From Selaginella moellendorffii (Eukaryota; Plantae; Lycopodiophyta): DNA of 64,000 nucleotides. The position numbers and the translations under genes are program-made. The DNA lies in NCBI RefSeq assembly GCF_000143415.4, contig NW_003314283.1:630752-694751 (forward strand), given 5' to 3'. The notes under the pieces were generated by a model that made no database searches, was not told the DNA's origin, and saw only the letters and a list, made by a program, of their open reading frames with translations. The stretch's first letter is position 1; each line of letters opens with the position of its first letter. Of this stretch, positions 36,906-49,539 are shown one piece after another.

Positions 36906-37088
36906 ATGGCATGAGGCCTCATGCCATCTTTGGCCCCTGCTAGCCTATTGCCATATTCCTTTTGAACTGTATATATTTTTGTATGGGTGACTAGTCACAC
37001 ACACAAAAATATATACAATTGTAGCAAGGCAAAAGGAATATAGCAACAGGCTAGCAGGGGCCAAAGATAGCGTGAGGCCTCATGCCAT
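36906..37088. repeat. ~183-bp imperfect hairpin upstream of the transposase ATG
   Basis: Arms 36906-36963 and 37031-37088 are inverted, with an inner palindrome centred on GTGACTAGTCAC. Confidence 0.85.
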
Positions 37089-37276
37089 TAGTGGTACCAC
37101 TAATGGCATGAGGGCTCATGCCAATTTTGTGAATGCGAAATTTCACGTGGGTGTCAATAGCATGTTTGAATAATGGCATGTGGCCTCATGCTATTGAGGT
37201 TGTTTGGTATGTTATGATTTAGGCCATTCTCCAATCATTTTTTGTATGGTCTTAACTTCTTTTCTGCACTTTCAGA

Positions 37277-40200
37277 ATGGCCTTCAGAGTTGGGGAAAAG
37301 GTTTACATTTTGAATGGTGGGAAGAGAGTTGCAAAAGGGACCCTTGTGTCTATGGATCGGAACTTTGTTATACACTGTCAAAGGCTTGGGGAAGGCAATG
37401 CTGCTGTATCAGTAGAGACTATCTTCGATGGGAATGTGGTCGCTATTGAACGAGGAGAGATGGTCGTCGGAGTAAATGTTGTTGTTGCCTTGAAAAATTC
37501 TCAGAAGAAAGCAGATGTTGGGGACAGCGCAAGTGCGACGCATGTTCCCTCCGTGGATCTTAAGAACCGTGCTACATGGATTCAGGCGAAGGTGTTTCTA
37601 AACAACCCCGAGGGGGAGGTGGTAGCTGAGGGCTTAGCCACAGTTGTCGATCCAAGAGATGCAGTTGCTAATCAAGAATTGGGCTGGGATGATATTGGAG
37701 TTGCGATTTTAGAGGTTGTTGACACAGAAGAAAACAGTTTGACTATTGGAAGCATTGTGCGGTGGAAATTGAGGCACTTAGTGTTTGAGAATGTGAAGGA
37801 TTCACAATCAAACACCACTACAACTGATGACAGAACATCTCTTCATGGGAAAAGAAAGTACACCTTCCTAAAGCGCAGCCAAAGGGATCTGAGCAACGAA
37901 CCGAAAAGGCAGAAAATGGCGATGGAGGTTCGAATGGTCTTGACAGTTGCTTGTTGCAAGAGGAGGTGCTGTCAACATGCTGATTGGGATGCTATTGAAG
38001 AGGAGAGAGCAAGATACAAGACATTGTCCTAGAAGGCAGCTCGCAATTTTGTGTATAAGGCATTACGGTCATCTGTTGATGCTTCAAAACATCAGGTGGG
38101 GGGCATGGTCTTCCAGAGGGGTTTGGTCTGCATGAAGGCATGGAGAATCATTTATGGAGTCCCTCGAACCACATTCTACAGAATCAAAACTGAGTTCAAG
38201 GAACAAAGGGTTCAACAGGCAGTCCATGGGAACAACGGTACGCACAAAACCAGGGGTCATGTTGTATATGGAGAGGCAATCTTCAAGATGTTTGTCGAGA
38301 CATGTAGCGAGCAGCAACCACATAAAACCCGCCTCTTGGAAGATGGAACACGAGACACCTAACGAGTTCTCCCTTCCATGTATACCAACGGGGCCATATT
38401 GGAAGATGTGAATCGGGAACTCCAGAGTAATGGCTACAGGAAGCTGAGCCAATCTAGATTTAGTAGATTGTGGAGCAACAGGTTCAGGGATGTGAGTATA
38501 GGAAAGTACTCCAGCTTTTCAAAGTGTGACGAGTGCACTACTATCAAAATGGCTTTGTCGAAGAATTCTTGCAGCGCTCAAGAGCGAGAGACGTTGGTTA
38601 GAAGGCGGCTCAACCACAACATCGAGTAGAGAAGCTGCAAGACTGCATATTATCATAACAGGATTCTCTCCATGGAGAGACCTGACTCTTACCTCTGCAT
38701 CATCCACGACAAAATGGACCAGAAAAAGACATGCTTATCTCGACTCAATCCTGCCCCCAAGGCAATCTCTTCATCCATGCAGCTGCCTGTGTCTCTGTTT
38801 GGCATAATCGCTCATGGGCATGGTGCCCAGAACTATGGAACTTCTTTGTACCTCTATGGGGTGGCGGGGGTGCAAACATGATGATTGCGTCCCTAGCAAA
38901 ACACTTAAGGTCTCTGCAAAGTGCGCAGACTGAGCTGAACGGCCAACCCTTGCATAAGGCCCTTGTCGATCGAACCCCATACAGGGTTCAGCTAGAGGAG
39001 GAGCAAAGGCTTGCAGTATCGCGTGGGGCCCCATGCCATCCCAGTGAATATGTTGGCCGTCAGATTGTAGGGTTATCACGTGAGGCCTCATGCCATTCCG
39101 ACGAGGCTGGTCGCTCGGTGAATGCACAGCCTCATCCAAACGAAGTAGAATCTCAAGGAAGTTCTTGCGGCCGATGTGGCCTTCCACCCCATCTTCTGCT
39201 CCAAACAGACAATGCTGGTAGTGAGAACAAAAACATGTACGTCTTCGTGTACTTGGCGATGCTTGTTGCCAAAGGCATATTTGAAACGGTTACACTTGGC
39301 TTTCTCATGGTTGGGCACTCATGAAGACGTCGATACCATGTTCAGTCACCTGGCAGAGTCCCTCCGGCGATCCAATGTCCTCACCCTCCCACAACTCTAC
39401 GATGAATTCCAAAATTGCATCAAAGGCACTGTTGAAGCTGCACTTCTGACAGAGGTTCCAGACTTTAAGGGGTTTGTAAGAGGCTACATCAGGGACGGAT
39501 CCGAAACGCTGATTGGCCACTCCAAGCCTCTTCAGTTTCATTTCAGCATGTGTGACGGTGCTCCAGTGATGAGGTACAAGATGAGAGAATGGGACACAGT
39601 GTGGCTGCCAGTGGACGGCATTGAACTCTTCAAGAGAGATCCCATAACTGGGGAACCTATGATTCCTCAAGGTTCCCCACAGCCGATGCACCCGGATGGA
39701 CTCAAAGACCAGGAAAGTATAGTGGCCGGGATTAGACAGCATATTGCCTTCTGGAAGAGGGGGTTGGTGTTTGGTGGAGAATCTTATTTTCAGAGGTGCA
39801 AGCCTTTACTTGAATACTGGGAGAAGATTATATCTGCTATCCAAAATGGGCCGGTTGTATATGAAGAGTTGGAAGAGTCCTTTTGGCCAGAACCCAGAGC
39901 ACCAGATAGTAGCGGAACAATGTCCTCTGGAAATGCAGTGACAGATAACGATGTTGAGGATCACTATTGTGGGCCGAGGAACAAGAAGCCGGATTCAGCA
40001 TTCAATCCAGTACAGGTCTGCAAAGGAATAGTCGTGCTTGTCAGACCCAGTAATAAAAAACAAATGATATGGGTGGGGCGCTGCATCACTGATGCAGAGG
40101 AGGACGCAGAAACTAACTCCTTCAATGTAACTGTGGAGTGGTTCAAGCCAAGTTCTGGATATACGAAGGATTGCCTAGAAAAGAGATGGGTGCTGAATCC

Positions 40201-40342
40201 AAGGGATCCCAGCATGAGCATATCAGTGGATAATGTTGTGTATGGTTGGATGCGGAAGCAGAGTGCCACCATCACCTTGCCAGACCATGCAAGAGATGCA
40301 GCAAGAGCATTCATAACCCGGGTTCAAGGTGAGATTCATTAA
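37277..40342 (+). pseudogene. Sola-like DDD transposase with stops and frameshifts
   Basis: Cys/His motifs (CCKRRC, CMKAW..IYG, FSKCDEC). Catalytic-type motifs IIHDKMDQ, LLQTDNAGSENKN and FLMVGHxHEDVDTMFS. C-terminal VVLVRP...WVG...VEWF domain. Confidence 0.8.
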
Positions 40343-42104
40343 TATTCCTTTATTAAGTTTCTAATGTATTTTATTTCAAGATGAACAGTCCGAATCTGAA
40401 TCAGAGGAGGCGTGATGGCATGTGGCCTTACGCCATTCCTAGGTGAGATGTTACAAATAACAAGTATAAATTCTTAGTTGTTCTAGCAAATCTTACTTAA
40501 AGTTTAAGGTGAACAAGCCGAATATGAATTCATCGGATTGTTATAACAAATTGCGAGGTGATGGCATGAGGCGATACGCCATTTGAGAGTGGTAGCCATT
40601 CCTATATGAGGTGAGTGAAATATTTATTAGAAATACCTCATTCAATTGTGCACTTCTAAGTCTTGGTCCACTCAGTACTGTTTGCATGTTTTTATTTTAA
40701 TTCTTTCTCTAAAATGTTATTTAGCATGTGGCTTCATGCCATTGCTCTCCACAATCATGCATTGAATTTTTCTATCCTTGCATAATACTTCTCCATATAT
40801 ATAGCATGTGCGCACATGTGATATGGTTCATTAGGCCTGATATAGTGTGTGAGGTAAAACAAAGATGATGTGACATATGCATTTACCAATCACACGTGCA
40901 TAAATCTAATAATATGGCGTATGGCCCATATTAATGGCACATAAACCCATATTGTGGGCTTACATGCTTTATGTACCATCATTCCCTTGCAGCGTGTGTG
41001 TTGGTTTCCTTTTATAATACAACGAACTCCATATTTTAGGGTGAAGAGCGTTCTCATGGCAAGCACAAAATCTGTAAGTGAGGCAGAAAAGGAGACGGAG
41101 AAGGAGATAGGTGAAGATGTAGAATATATAAGTCTTCCAAACTCCCCGTACTATACTCCAGGTGATCATTTTTCTGAACAAACGGCAACATTAACAACTA
41201 TCGAGAACGCCCCAGTAACGTCAGAGACAACAATCCAAAGCAAAACAACTGACCCGGAGAAGGATGATAGTACCGCTGAGAGTACCAAAAAGGAGGTGTC
41301 CACTAGCGCTTAGGCTTATAATGGCGTGTGCCCTCATGCCATTTACTTGATCACCAAATACCTTTTTCCCTTTGCACTAGTATATCTTAATACCAGTCTG
41401 AGAAATAGAATGGCATATGCCCTCAGGCCTTTTACTAAATCACCTTTGAAAGAAATGCAAGCCTCTATGTCGTAAAAAAAAGGTACTAGAGAAATTCTTT
41501 AATAATATGAATGTTATTTAGTTTCATGAAAATACACTAAGGGTCAAATGAGTTAAATGACTTCTCCAGACTAACAATGCCTCTTGCTACACCTTCACAA
41601 TTAGATTCATTAGAAAAAGATAACATTGAATAATATCTAAATGTTCTCACCATTAAGTTATATGTCTGGCTAATAGGAATGACGTTCATCTTGGAAAGCT
41701 CACCACACGCTCAATGAACAAACAAATAGTGTGTGCGCGCATGCCATCGCTCTTCTTTAGCTTCAGATTCGGCTTGTTCACCTTGACAATGAGATTTATT
41801 ATACAACCAGATGGACACAGTCTGGACATAAAGTCACCGCGCTAGTCACCATGCCCCAGATATATCTAGCCCCTGGACAAAAAACATATAATTTCACGTC
41901 ATTTTCAAATACTTGAAAATTTGTACCTAGTCCCATTTTACTGAATAAATCCCACTTTAACGAAATAGAGCTTAATACCGACCTCCTGCCATCGTGGCAG
42001 TAAGGTAAGAGTGTCCGTAAGGACTGGTCGACAGGTAACTTTCGATACCCGAAGTCACATGCACGACACTCTCCCCCCCTAGGGAAGATCGACGTCCTCG
42101 TCGA

Positions 42105-42464
42105 TATGAGACACAAAATCCCTAGGCCCCAAAGTGGAGCCGGAAAGGGTGCCACGTGGTAGTGGCCGAAGCGAAAGCCAAACGAGCATAACACGTTTGG
42201 ACTAAAAGCTCCGACTTGGAAGGTCGAAAGCGGGAGTGGAACTCCCAACAAAGTGCTCGAGGAGCAAGCACGAGACAACCAATAAGAAAGGCTCCAAAAA
42301 GGGACCCAAAAAGGACCAACACATGACACATGGAAGTGTCCGAGATGGAGTCCGAGGCGGACCCGAGTTGGAGTCCGAGATAGACCCGAGATGGAGTCCG
42401 AGATGGACTGAGACGGAGTCCGAGATGGACCCGAGATGGAGTCTGAGGTCGAGACCGAGACCGG

Positions 42465-42499
<35 letters not shown>

Positions 42500-43568
42500 G
42501 GACCGAGACCGAGACAAGGGCCAAGGCCGAGACCGAGCCCGAGTCCAAGTCCAAGTCCGAATTCGAGTCTGAGAGGGTGAAAGCCCAAAGCGTTCGTCTC
42601 CCAGACCCTGGGGGGTTTGGTGAGCTCCAAAAGTATAGTAAGGGGGAGGACTACAGTGGAGCCAATTTGGCCAGGAAAGGCCAGTTTGGCCCAGGAAGGC
42701 CGGACCCAGTGTTGGGTGATGAGCTGCCCACTGGGAAGTCCAAGACTAGAGTGAACACAGACCAACAAGCGGGGTAGCTTGGTGAAGTGTTCAAGAGCCG
42801 GCTCTAGTTCCCCCGGGAGATCGTCTGGCCGATGCTCCCAATCCAAGTGTGGGTGGCACTACCTACTTGGATACCTGGTGTGGCTCAACGGAACCTCGCT
42901 CTAAGCCCATGGCTAGAGCACCCAAAGGCAGAAGGCAAGGAGAGTACCCATGAGGCCCACGTAGGGCCACGGTGTTCCGAAATGTTGTCCCAAAGGCCCA
43001 GACTGTGGAAAGGAGGAGGAGTAATCCTCTAGTGTAGTGACCAAGGATACAGTCGAGTGGTGAGGAAGTCCCAGAGGACCATGGGACTTAGTGGTCGGGC
43101 CTGTGGGCCTCGATCTAGTGGCAGTGTTGGCAAACACGGCCATGGGTAGAAAGGGACTTGGTGAAGACCGGAAAAGGGATATTGGGGAAGGCTATTCCCC
43201 ATGTCTGTGGGCATCCTAAGGATGCTAAGGAGTGGATCTGGAATGATCACTCATGGATGGATGGCTCAGTCCTTGAGAGATTGGACTGTGATGCAGGTGG
43301 TGTTAGTCCACCGGTGTGACCAAGGTAAAGGGGCATGGCCTTAGCGTAACGGGCTGAGATGTCAGTGGTGCCTTGGGGTGTCGGTCATGGGATCGGACAC
43401 GTGGAGCACTTGGATCAAGTGTATAGGTTGAGTGGCGGGGATGCCATTCTCAGGGCTAGCAAGCCCAAGTCTGAAATAGGACTTATGGAGGTTGTGAGTG
43501 AGACTCCTCCAAGTGGTCGGAGGTGTGGTTAAGTGACTAAAGTAAAATGGAAAATTTAGTCGCTTACA
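42105..43568 (+). mobile_element. Solo LTR F inside D
   Basis: TSD GTCGA at 42100-42104 and 43569-43573; ends in GCTTACA. Has a GAGACC hexamer array (~42340-42570) and the promoter block seen in B's LTR. Confidence 0.85.
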
Positions 43569-43573
43569 GTCGA

Positions 43574-46500
43574 TGCATACTCGAGTCTAGAATACCGCCA
43601 AGGAAACAACTCTAGAAAAAGTTCACGGTATTCACACTATGTGAAAAATGCACCAACTTAAATGAGTTAGGGGGCAACCTCTTTGTCTAACGCGGATGCG
43701 CTACCAGCTCAGACACCTTCCGGCCGTCACCGACAAAGAAATGACCAACGGAGTCAGCCACCCTTGCTGCTCTGGGAGTCACCCAGCTTACAAAAGTGTG
43801 ATATGCCCTGCCCGCAGAGACATAGAGAGAGAAGCCAGAGGCCCCAACCCTCCTGAGCAAAAAAACCAAACCCGTCGGTAAGGTTTAGATAGACTACTGT
43901 AAACAGGCAGTTAGAGTTGTTTACACGATCACGCCCTTTCATGGAATAAGGAACATCGACAGAGAGGCGAGTGATGTGACCAGTCGACAGTAGCTACCCC
44001 ATGACTAGAGATTTCAACATGCACACGAAGTGCCGAAGCCATTCTGCCTATACTGGCCCAAACTCAAAGATCAATAGATGGACAATATCAAAGTCATAAA
44101 CAATGATATCTTAGAAACTTAATTATCAGTGAATATATCTTAGATTAGAACACAAAAGTATTCCAAGCAAGTTATCACCCGATAAACCAGTATAAGAGTG
44201 TAGGAACCACCAAGATCATCATAAGTGGTAAATATAGAATTCACCATCAAACAAAATTCAATAGCAAGTATATCATCAAGTAAACTCAATGATAAAGTTT
44301 AACTATTAAAGATTGTAGATAGAATGCCAAACAACTTACGAAAGATAATCCAAAGAACACAAAGTATCATTGACTGACAAGCAAAATGCTCGCGAATGTA
44401 TTACCCAAAGGAAAGAACATCCAAATCTATCAAAACTAACTCAAGCAACAATCAACAAAAGAGAATGAATGCGGTAAGACCAACAAACACTCATTCCTGC
44501 CAACTATCACAAAAGCCAATCTGAATAGATCCCAGCCAACAATACCAAGGAACTCAAGTTGCCTAAACAAGTGTCAGCAACATCCTACTGATGTTTCAAA
44601 CCCAAGAGACCAATCCAGAGCAAACCACAAAGAACATGTGGTATTGCGAAAAGCCAAAAGCTATCAAAGAGAATAACTAGCCATCATGAAAGATCATCAA
44701 TTATCCCATCAAAAAGATATGCCAAATCATCATCAAGTAAGAATTTACTATTCCGAAGAATAACAAATAATTCCAGACCAACAATAATCAAGCAAAACGT
44801 TTTGACAAGGATAATCAATTCCTAGATGATAGTCAATCATCACCAATGATTGCCAGATGCAAAAGCCAACTTCAATATTGAAGCTAATGAGCCATAATGC
44901 CTTCCCCAACAACTTCTAACAAATGGACCACAAGCATGAAAACTCAAGGAACCAAAAGCTCGAAGAAGTCTATAGCCAAGTCTTTCCTAACAATGATCAC
45001 AAGTCTCGCATGAACTAACTTCAATGCTAAGAAGAAATCATGATGCAACATCCGGTAAAGCAAACCTATCACTGCTAAATCATCATCAAGTGAAACAAAT
45101 GTTAACAGTCCTTGACAAAGTCTACAAGCAATCACTAGTTGCAAAACAACCAACAATCACTTATCTTGTCTTTTAAAAGACCCAAACATTAACTCATGCC
45201 ATTGAGTTACACACTTGTCCAACATGAACGTAATACCCCAAATATGAGATAAAAGTTCATAGACAAGCACAAACCAAATGACCACTCAAATCCAACTCAA
45301 CCACAATAAGCTCACCAAAGCATTTAGCTAATAGCTCTGAGCATGCCTTGAAGAGGCTAGCTATGCATGATCAACACTCAGTTGAAACTAAAGTGAAGAC
45401 CATGAGATGGATCCATATCGGTACACAACCTCCACTTAAACAAAGCTATAGTATGGGTACTAACATCTCAACTACAAACAACTAAGTTGGACATCACCAT
45501 CCTCAGCCAAGGCGCAGGGCCACCAAGACCAAGTCAAGATTAGTGAGAGCTCACTACTCTCATAGAGTCTAATGAAATGCAAAGTGCAACCTGCTACCAA
45601 GCATAACGCTACAAAAAAAAGGCACAAGGGTCACCTTTCTAGAAAAGTGCAACGGCCACTTTTCTACACTAACTCTAGACTCTATCCAACTCAATTGCCT
45701 TAGCCCCAAAAGTTAGCATCCCTTTTGGGCTGCATCATATAAACTATCTACTAAGGTGTAAGCCAACCAAAGTTAACTCCAACCCCTTCACTAGTTTGTA
45801 CTGGCTTACGAAAACGGAATGGTTTTCGAGCAAAGTGACCAACAGATCAGCCATTGGAAAAGTCTAAGAAAATTTGTGGAAAATTTTCCAATCCTAGAGA
45901 AAGAATGACTCTCAGTCTAGGAATGCAAACTTTCAAGACTCAACCAACTTCCTCCTACTAACAGGCTTCACATAGGTTCACCTCAACACAAATTCTCATG
46001 ACCTATAGTATGCTTAAGCCTTGAATATCTTTTTGCCCATTTTTTCGACATCCAACACCGACATCCGTAAAAATGCAAATGGAACATCCAAGGCTTGATC
46101 ACGAAGACCACATCTTCGGATATCCACATTGCACTAACACTCTTCTTCAACCACCTTCAAGATCCAATGTGAAGCCCAAACACTAACAAGAAAAATGACA
46201 TAGAAAATCAAGCTTTAAGGAAAATTCCTCATCACTCGAAATAACAATACCACTTCCACTAACACAAGTGCTAGTGATGTCAATGCCCCAACTACACTTC
46301 TCCATCCAACAATCTACTCCAAGTGTTAACGGATCAACTAATGAGCTATAGCAACTAAATGCTACAACCCTTTTCCAACACCTTAGTGGGCAAACTCAAG
46401 GAAACAAGGAACCAACTTAAGCTTAGCATAATGGACCACCAACGAGAATCCAATCAAAGCTACTACAATGCTACTTTATGCAAGTAGACTAGCTTCACCA

Positions 46501-47648
46501 TTAACCACTTTGGGGTTGATCATCGCTTAACTAAGCAACTTCATAAACACATTGCTCATTATCACATGGATATGATATAGAAATCATAATGACTTGATCA
46601 TCAATTGAGCAACACCACAAGCGATGTTTATGTCATTACTTTAAAGGTTTATGTGAGTATCAAGTGCAAACTCGATTCGACAAAATGCTACATAAATGCC
46701 ACACTCCACCGATAGAGATTTACAACACCTAACACCACTAACTTTTGTTCACAACACAGACAAACTTATGCCACTCTCTTTCCGACCAAACTCAAAACTT
46801 AACCCAACACCAAGCTACTCAAGGAGCAATAGCTAGGTTCCCCGGAAAAGAATTGAGCATTGTAACCCAAGTCTTCCAATAGTGAGCCTAGACACAATGG
46901 TTTAGTGTTTCACCGCTATCCATCCTATAACTCACCACTTGTAAGACCATCATCTCCAACATGCATCAAGATAGGGACTCTTGATTGCATGATGTGAACA
47001 TGAGCAATGAGTCACCCCTCGTTGCAAATCATCTCTCCAAGAAGAGAAGATGATTTACGTGTTTGATCCTTCGTCCCCGACGACTCTCTTTTCAGTCTTA
47101 TCTTTTGACTACACCTCAAGCTTGCTTTCGCACTGCCTTCAGTCCAATCCAAGAAAAGTTTATGAGAGAGCACAGCAATGATTACTTGAACCAATAGACT
47201 AATCCCTACAGTCTTGACTGATCCACTTGTAACCATGCCTAAGAAGGATCCACTAGTGCCGTGCTAAACAGTTACGAACCAGCCTATTTGCCACTCATAG
47301 CAAACCTAGGGAAGGTTTGCTTTCACTCACGGTACATGGAACAACTCATGGAACCACCGATAGGCTAACATTAATCCTGCCAACTCAAAGTGTAACCTCA
47401 AGTTGCTAATGCGCCTCACTCATGAGCCCAAGCTCAAACTCGTGCTAACGGAGCATCTCAAATCCATCCTATGAGCCCAAGAGCAAGCTCACATTGTTAG
47501 GTACAAAAGGTAACCAAAACCATACCCAAGGAACAAATATGAACCCTTTGCACCAAACGTGTACCCACTCGGATCATCGTTTTCATCTTTGCGTATGCAA
47601 CGAGACTAGTTGCCCAATCTCATTGTATAGTACTCGCTGAGACTCACT
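43574..47648 (-). pseudogene. Highly decayed gag-pol remnant of D
   Basis: Lies between PPT and PBS with no long ORF. There is a faint RT-like trace near 45850-45920 and strong strand skew. Confidence 0.5.
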
Positions 47649-49539
47649 CTCTGATACCAAATGTAGCGCACGTGGTTTTGACCCTTTATCCTATGGTGAT
47701 TTACCATAGGATAACACCACGAAGCGGAACCTAAACCCTCTTTGTGCCACGTGACAGATGCCACGTGTCACATGCCACGTGTCCATAAGAACCCGAGGTT
47801 CAGGGCCTTGGGCCACTGAATAAAGGAACGGTGCCAAACTCCCAAGCATAGAGCCAAGGAGTGATGGAACCGAACCACGGAGCAACTCCCAAGCATAAAG
47901 CCCAAGGAGCGAAGGGACAGGAGCCCGGAGCGACTTAGAACAGTCCTAGAGTAACCAGCATCCCAATGCCAGGACCAACATGCAAAACGGAGCCAAATGG
48001 AGTCTGGCGCTATTTCGGCATACCGGTGGCCTAACGCGAGGACATGGGTACTCCACCAACTAGCATGGAATGGAGCTTGGGCTTAGACCCAAACCGGACG
48101 CAAAACAAGGACAGGCATGCAAGCGGGAGCTAGACTATGCCTCAGGTTGGTCGGCCATGCCCGACCTACCCACTATCCCTACTATACATTTGGAACCCCC
48201 CACAGCCCCCCGCCCCCCCCCTTGAGGAACACACGCTTTGGGCTTTCACCCCAAGCCTCCCTTAGTATCAGGAGTTAGTCTCTGGGACAAGCTCAAAACT
48301 TACTAAATATGGAATGTCCTTAGATTGTGAATTTGGACACGGGACGAACACCATTGTGTTCAGGACAATCTCTACATTCCGTAGATATACCAAATAAGCA
48401 AATCTAGACACTTTCCATAAATAGCATTTGGGACCGAAATTAGAATAACACAAAGGGCATGATAGCGAGGGTGTTTGGCAGACACGGTAAGCTATCATGT
48501 AGCAATATTGAGGGACCAATCTCAATACGCGAGGGTTCTTGTCAAGCCAGTGCAAGACAGAGCAAAAGAGAACTAAAAAGCCAGGCCAAGTATACTTGGC
48601 TGAATAGACACTTAGGAATTCCGTCCTTGTGCTCATCCGGCCAAGTACAGATGCAAAATCCAATTTACTAACACTTAAACAAGAGGGGCTGATAAAAGGA
48701 ACCAGCAATACCGACCTCCTGCCATCGTGGCAGTAAGGTAAGAGTGTCCGTAAGGACTGGTCGACAGGTAACTTTTGATACCCGAAATCACATGCGCGAC
48801 ATGCAGCCACTTGACAGCCTTACGTCAACTCGAAACACCTAGTTCCTACAAACGGAATTGATCCCGAGCATGTGCTGAAACAAAAATCCCTCACCAGGCC
48901 CAGCAGCAAGGGATTCCTCGAGAGAATCCGGGGATGAAGAGGGAGTGTCCTTGATAATTGCTTTCCTGTAGGCCAAAGAGCTCGTGAGGCAGTGGAGAAC
49001 AGGGATCAAAGCTTTGCTGAGTTGAAGATGAGCCAATTTGCCTCTCACAGTCTTGAGTTGATCCCGAGAGGAGCCTGGATTGTGTGCCCAACCACCATTC
49101 TACTCACCCCTGTTACTTACCACGCACAGGCTCTCACGGGAATGCCCACACAACCATGTCCGACCAGAGCAGCCATGGAGCCCTAGGAGTGCATGGCATA
49201 ACACCTGTCACCACGCCCTCTTCCCTTCCTGGCCACGCGTGCATCCCGCCCATTGGCCACCACAACATTGAGCCGATATTCCTACTAACCATGGCCACCG
49301 GCCCTGGCCTGAGCCTGGGCTAACCTCCCCTTGCCGAGAACCATGGCTTCTGAGGCTGCCCTGGGCCTGGGATCGGACGGCTGCGGGGGTGTGGGTTCTT
49401 CATTCTTATTATTATAGACTAGTATTTGCCCAGCCAGTGCTGGGTAGTTGGCAAAGCCTCTCAAACTCACCAATATCTTTGTGACAAAATTTGCTCACAT
49501 TTCACAATTTCCTTGTGAGATGATTCCTCCATCTCTAGC

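Larger units (their letters stand above)
14458..41973 (+). mobile_element. Giant Sola-like (DDD) TIR DNA transposon, ~13.75 kb without nested element A
   Basis: Perfect 24-bp TIRs AAGCTCTATTTCGTTAAAGTGGGA at 14458-14481 and 41950-41973, with 4-bp TSD AATA. The empty site (ACCAGCAATACCGACC) is visible in D's other LTR at ~48701-48716. An internal transposase is present. Confidence 0.88.
12739..48801 (-). mobile_element. LTR retrotransposon D (gypsy-derived, decayed interior), outermost layer of the nest
   Basis: TSD TGCAG at 12734-12738 and 48802-48806. The 5' LTR is 47662-48801 with an iMet PBS (plus strand CTCTGATACCA at ~47649-47659). The 3' LTR is split into 12739-13658, 14334-14457 and 41978-42068, with the PPT at 42069-42082. 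Confidence 0.92.

Noticed and set aside
40954-41313. Small acidic/Thr-rich ORF near the right TIR
   Set aside because: Could be a third cargo exon, but it is short and low-complexity with no supporting motif.
14844-41342. 22-bp palindromes as CRISPR repeats or independent MITEs
   Set aside because: Irregular spacing, degenerate copies, no TSDs seen, and confined to one element.
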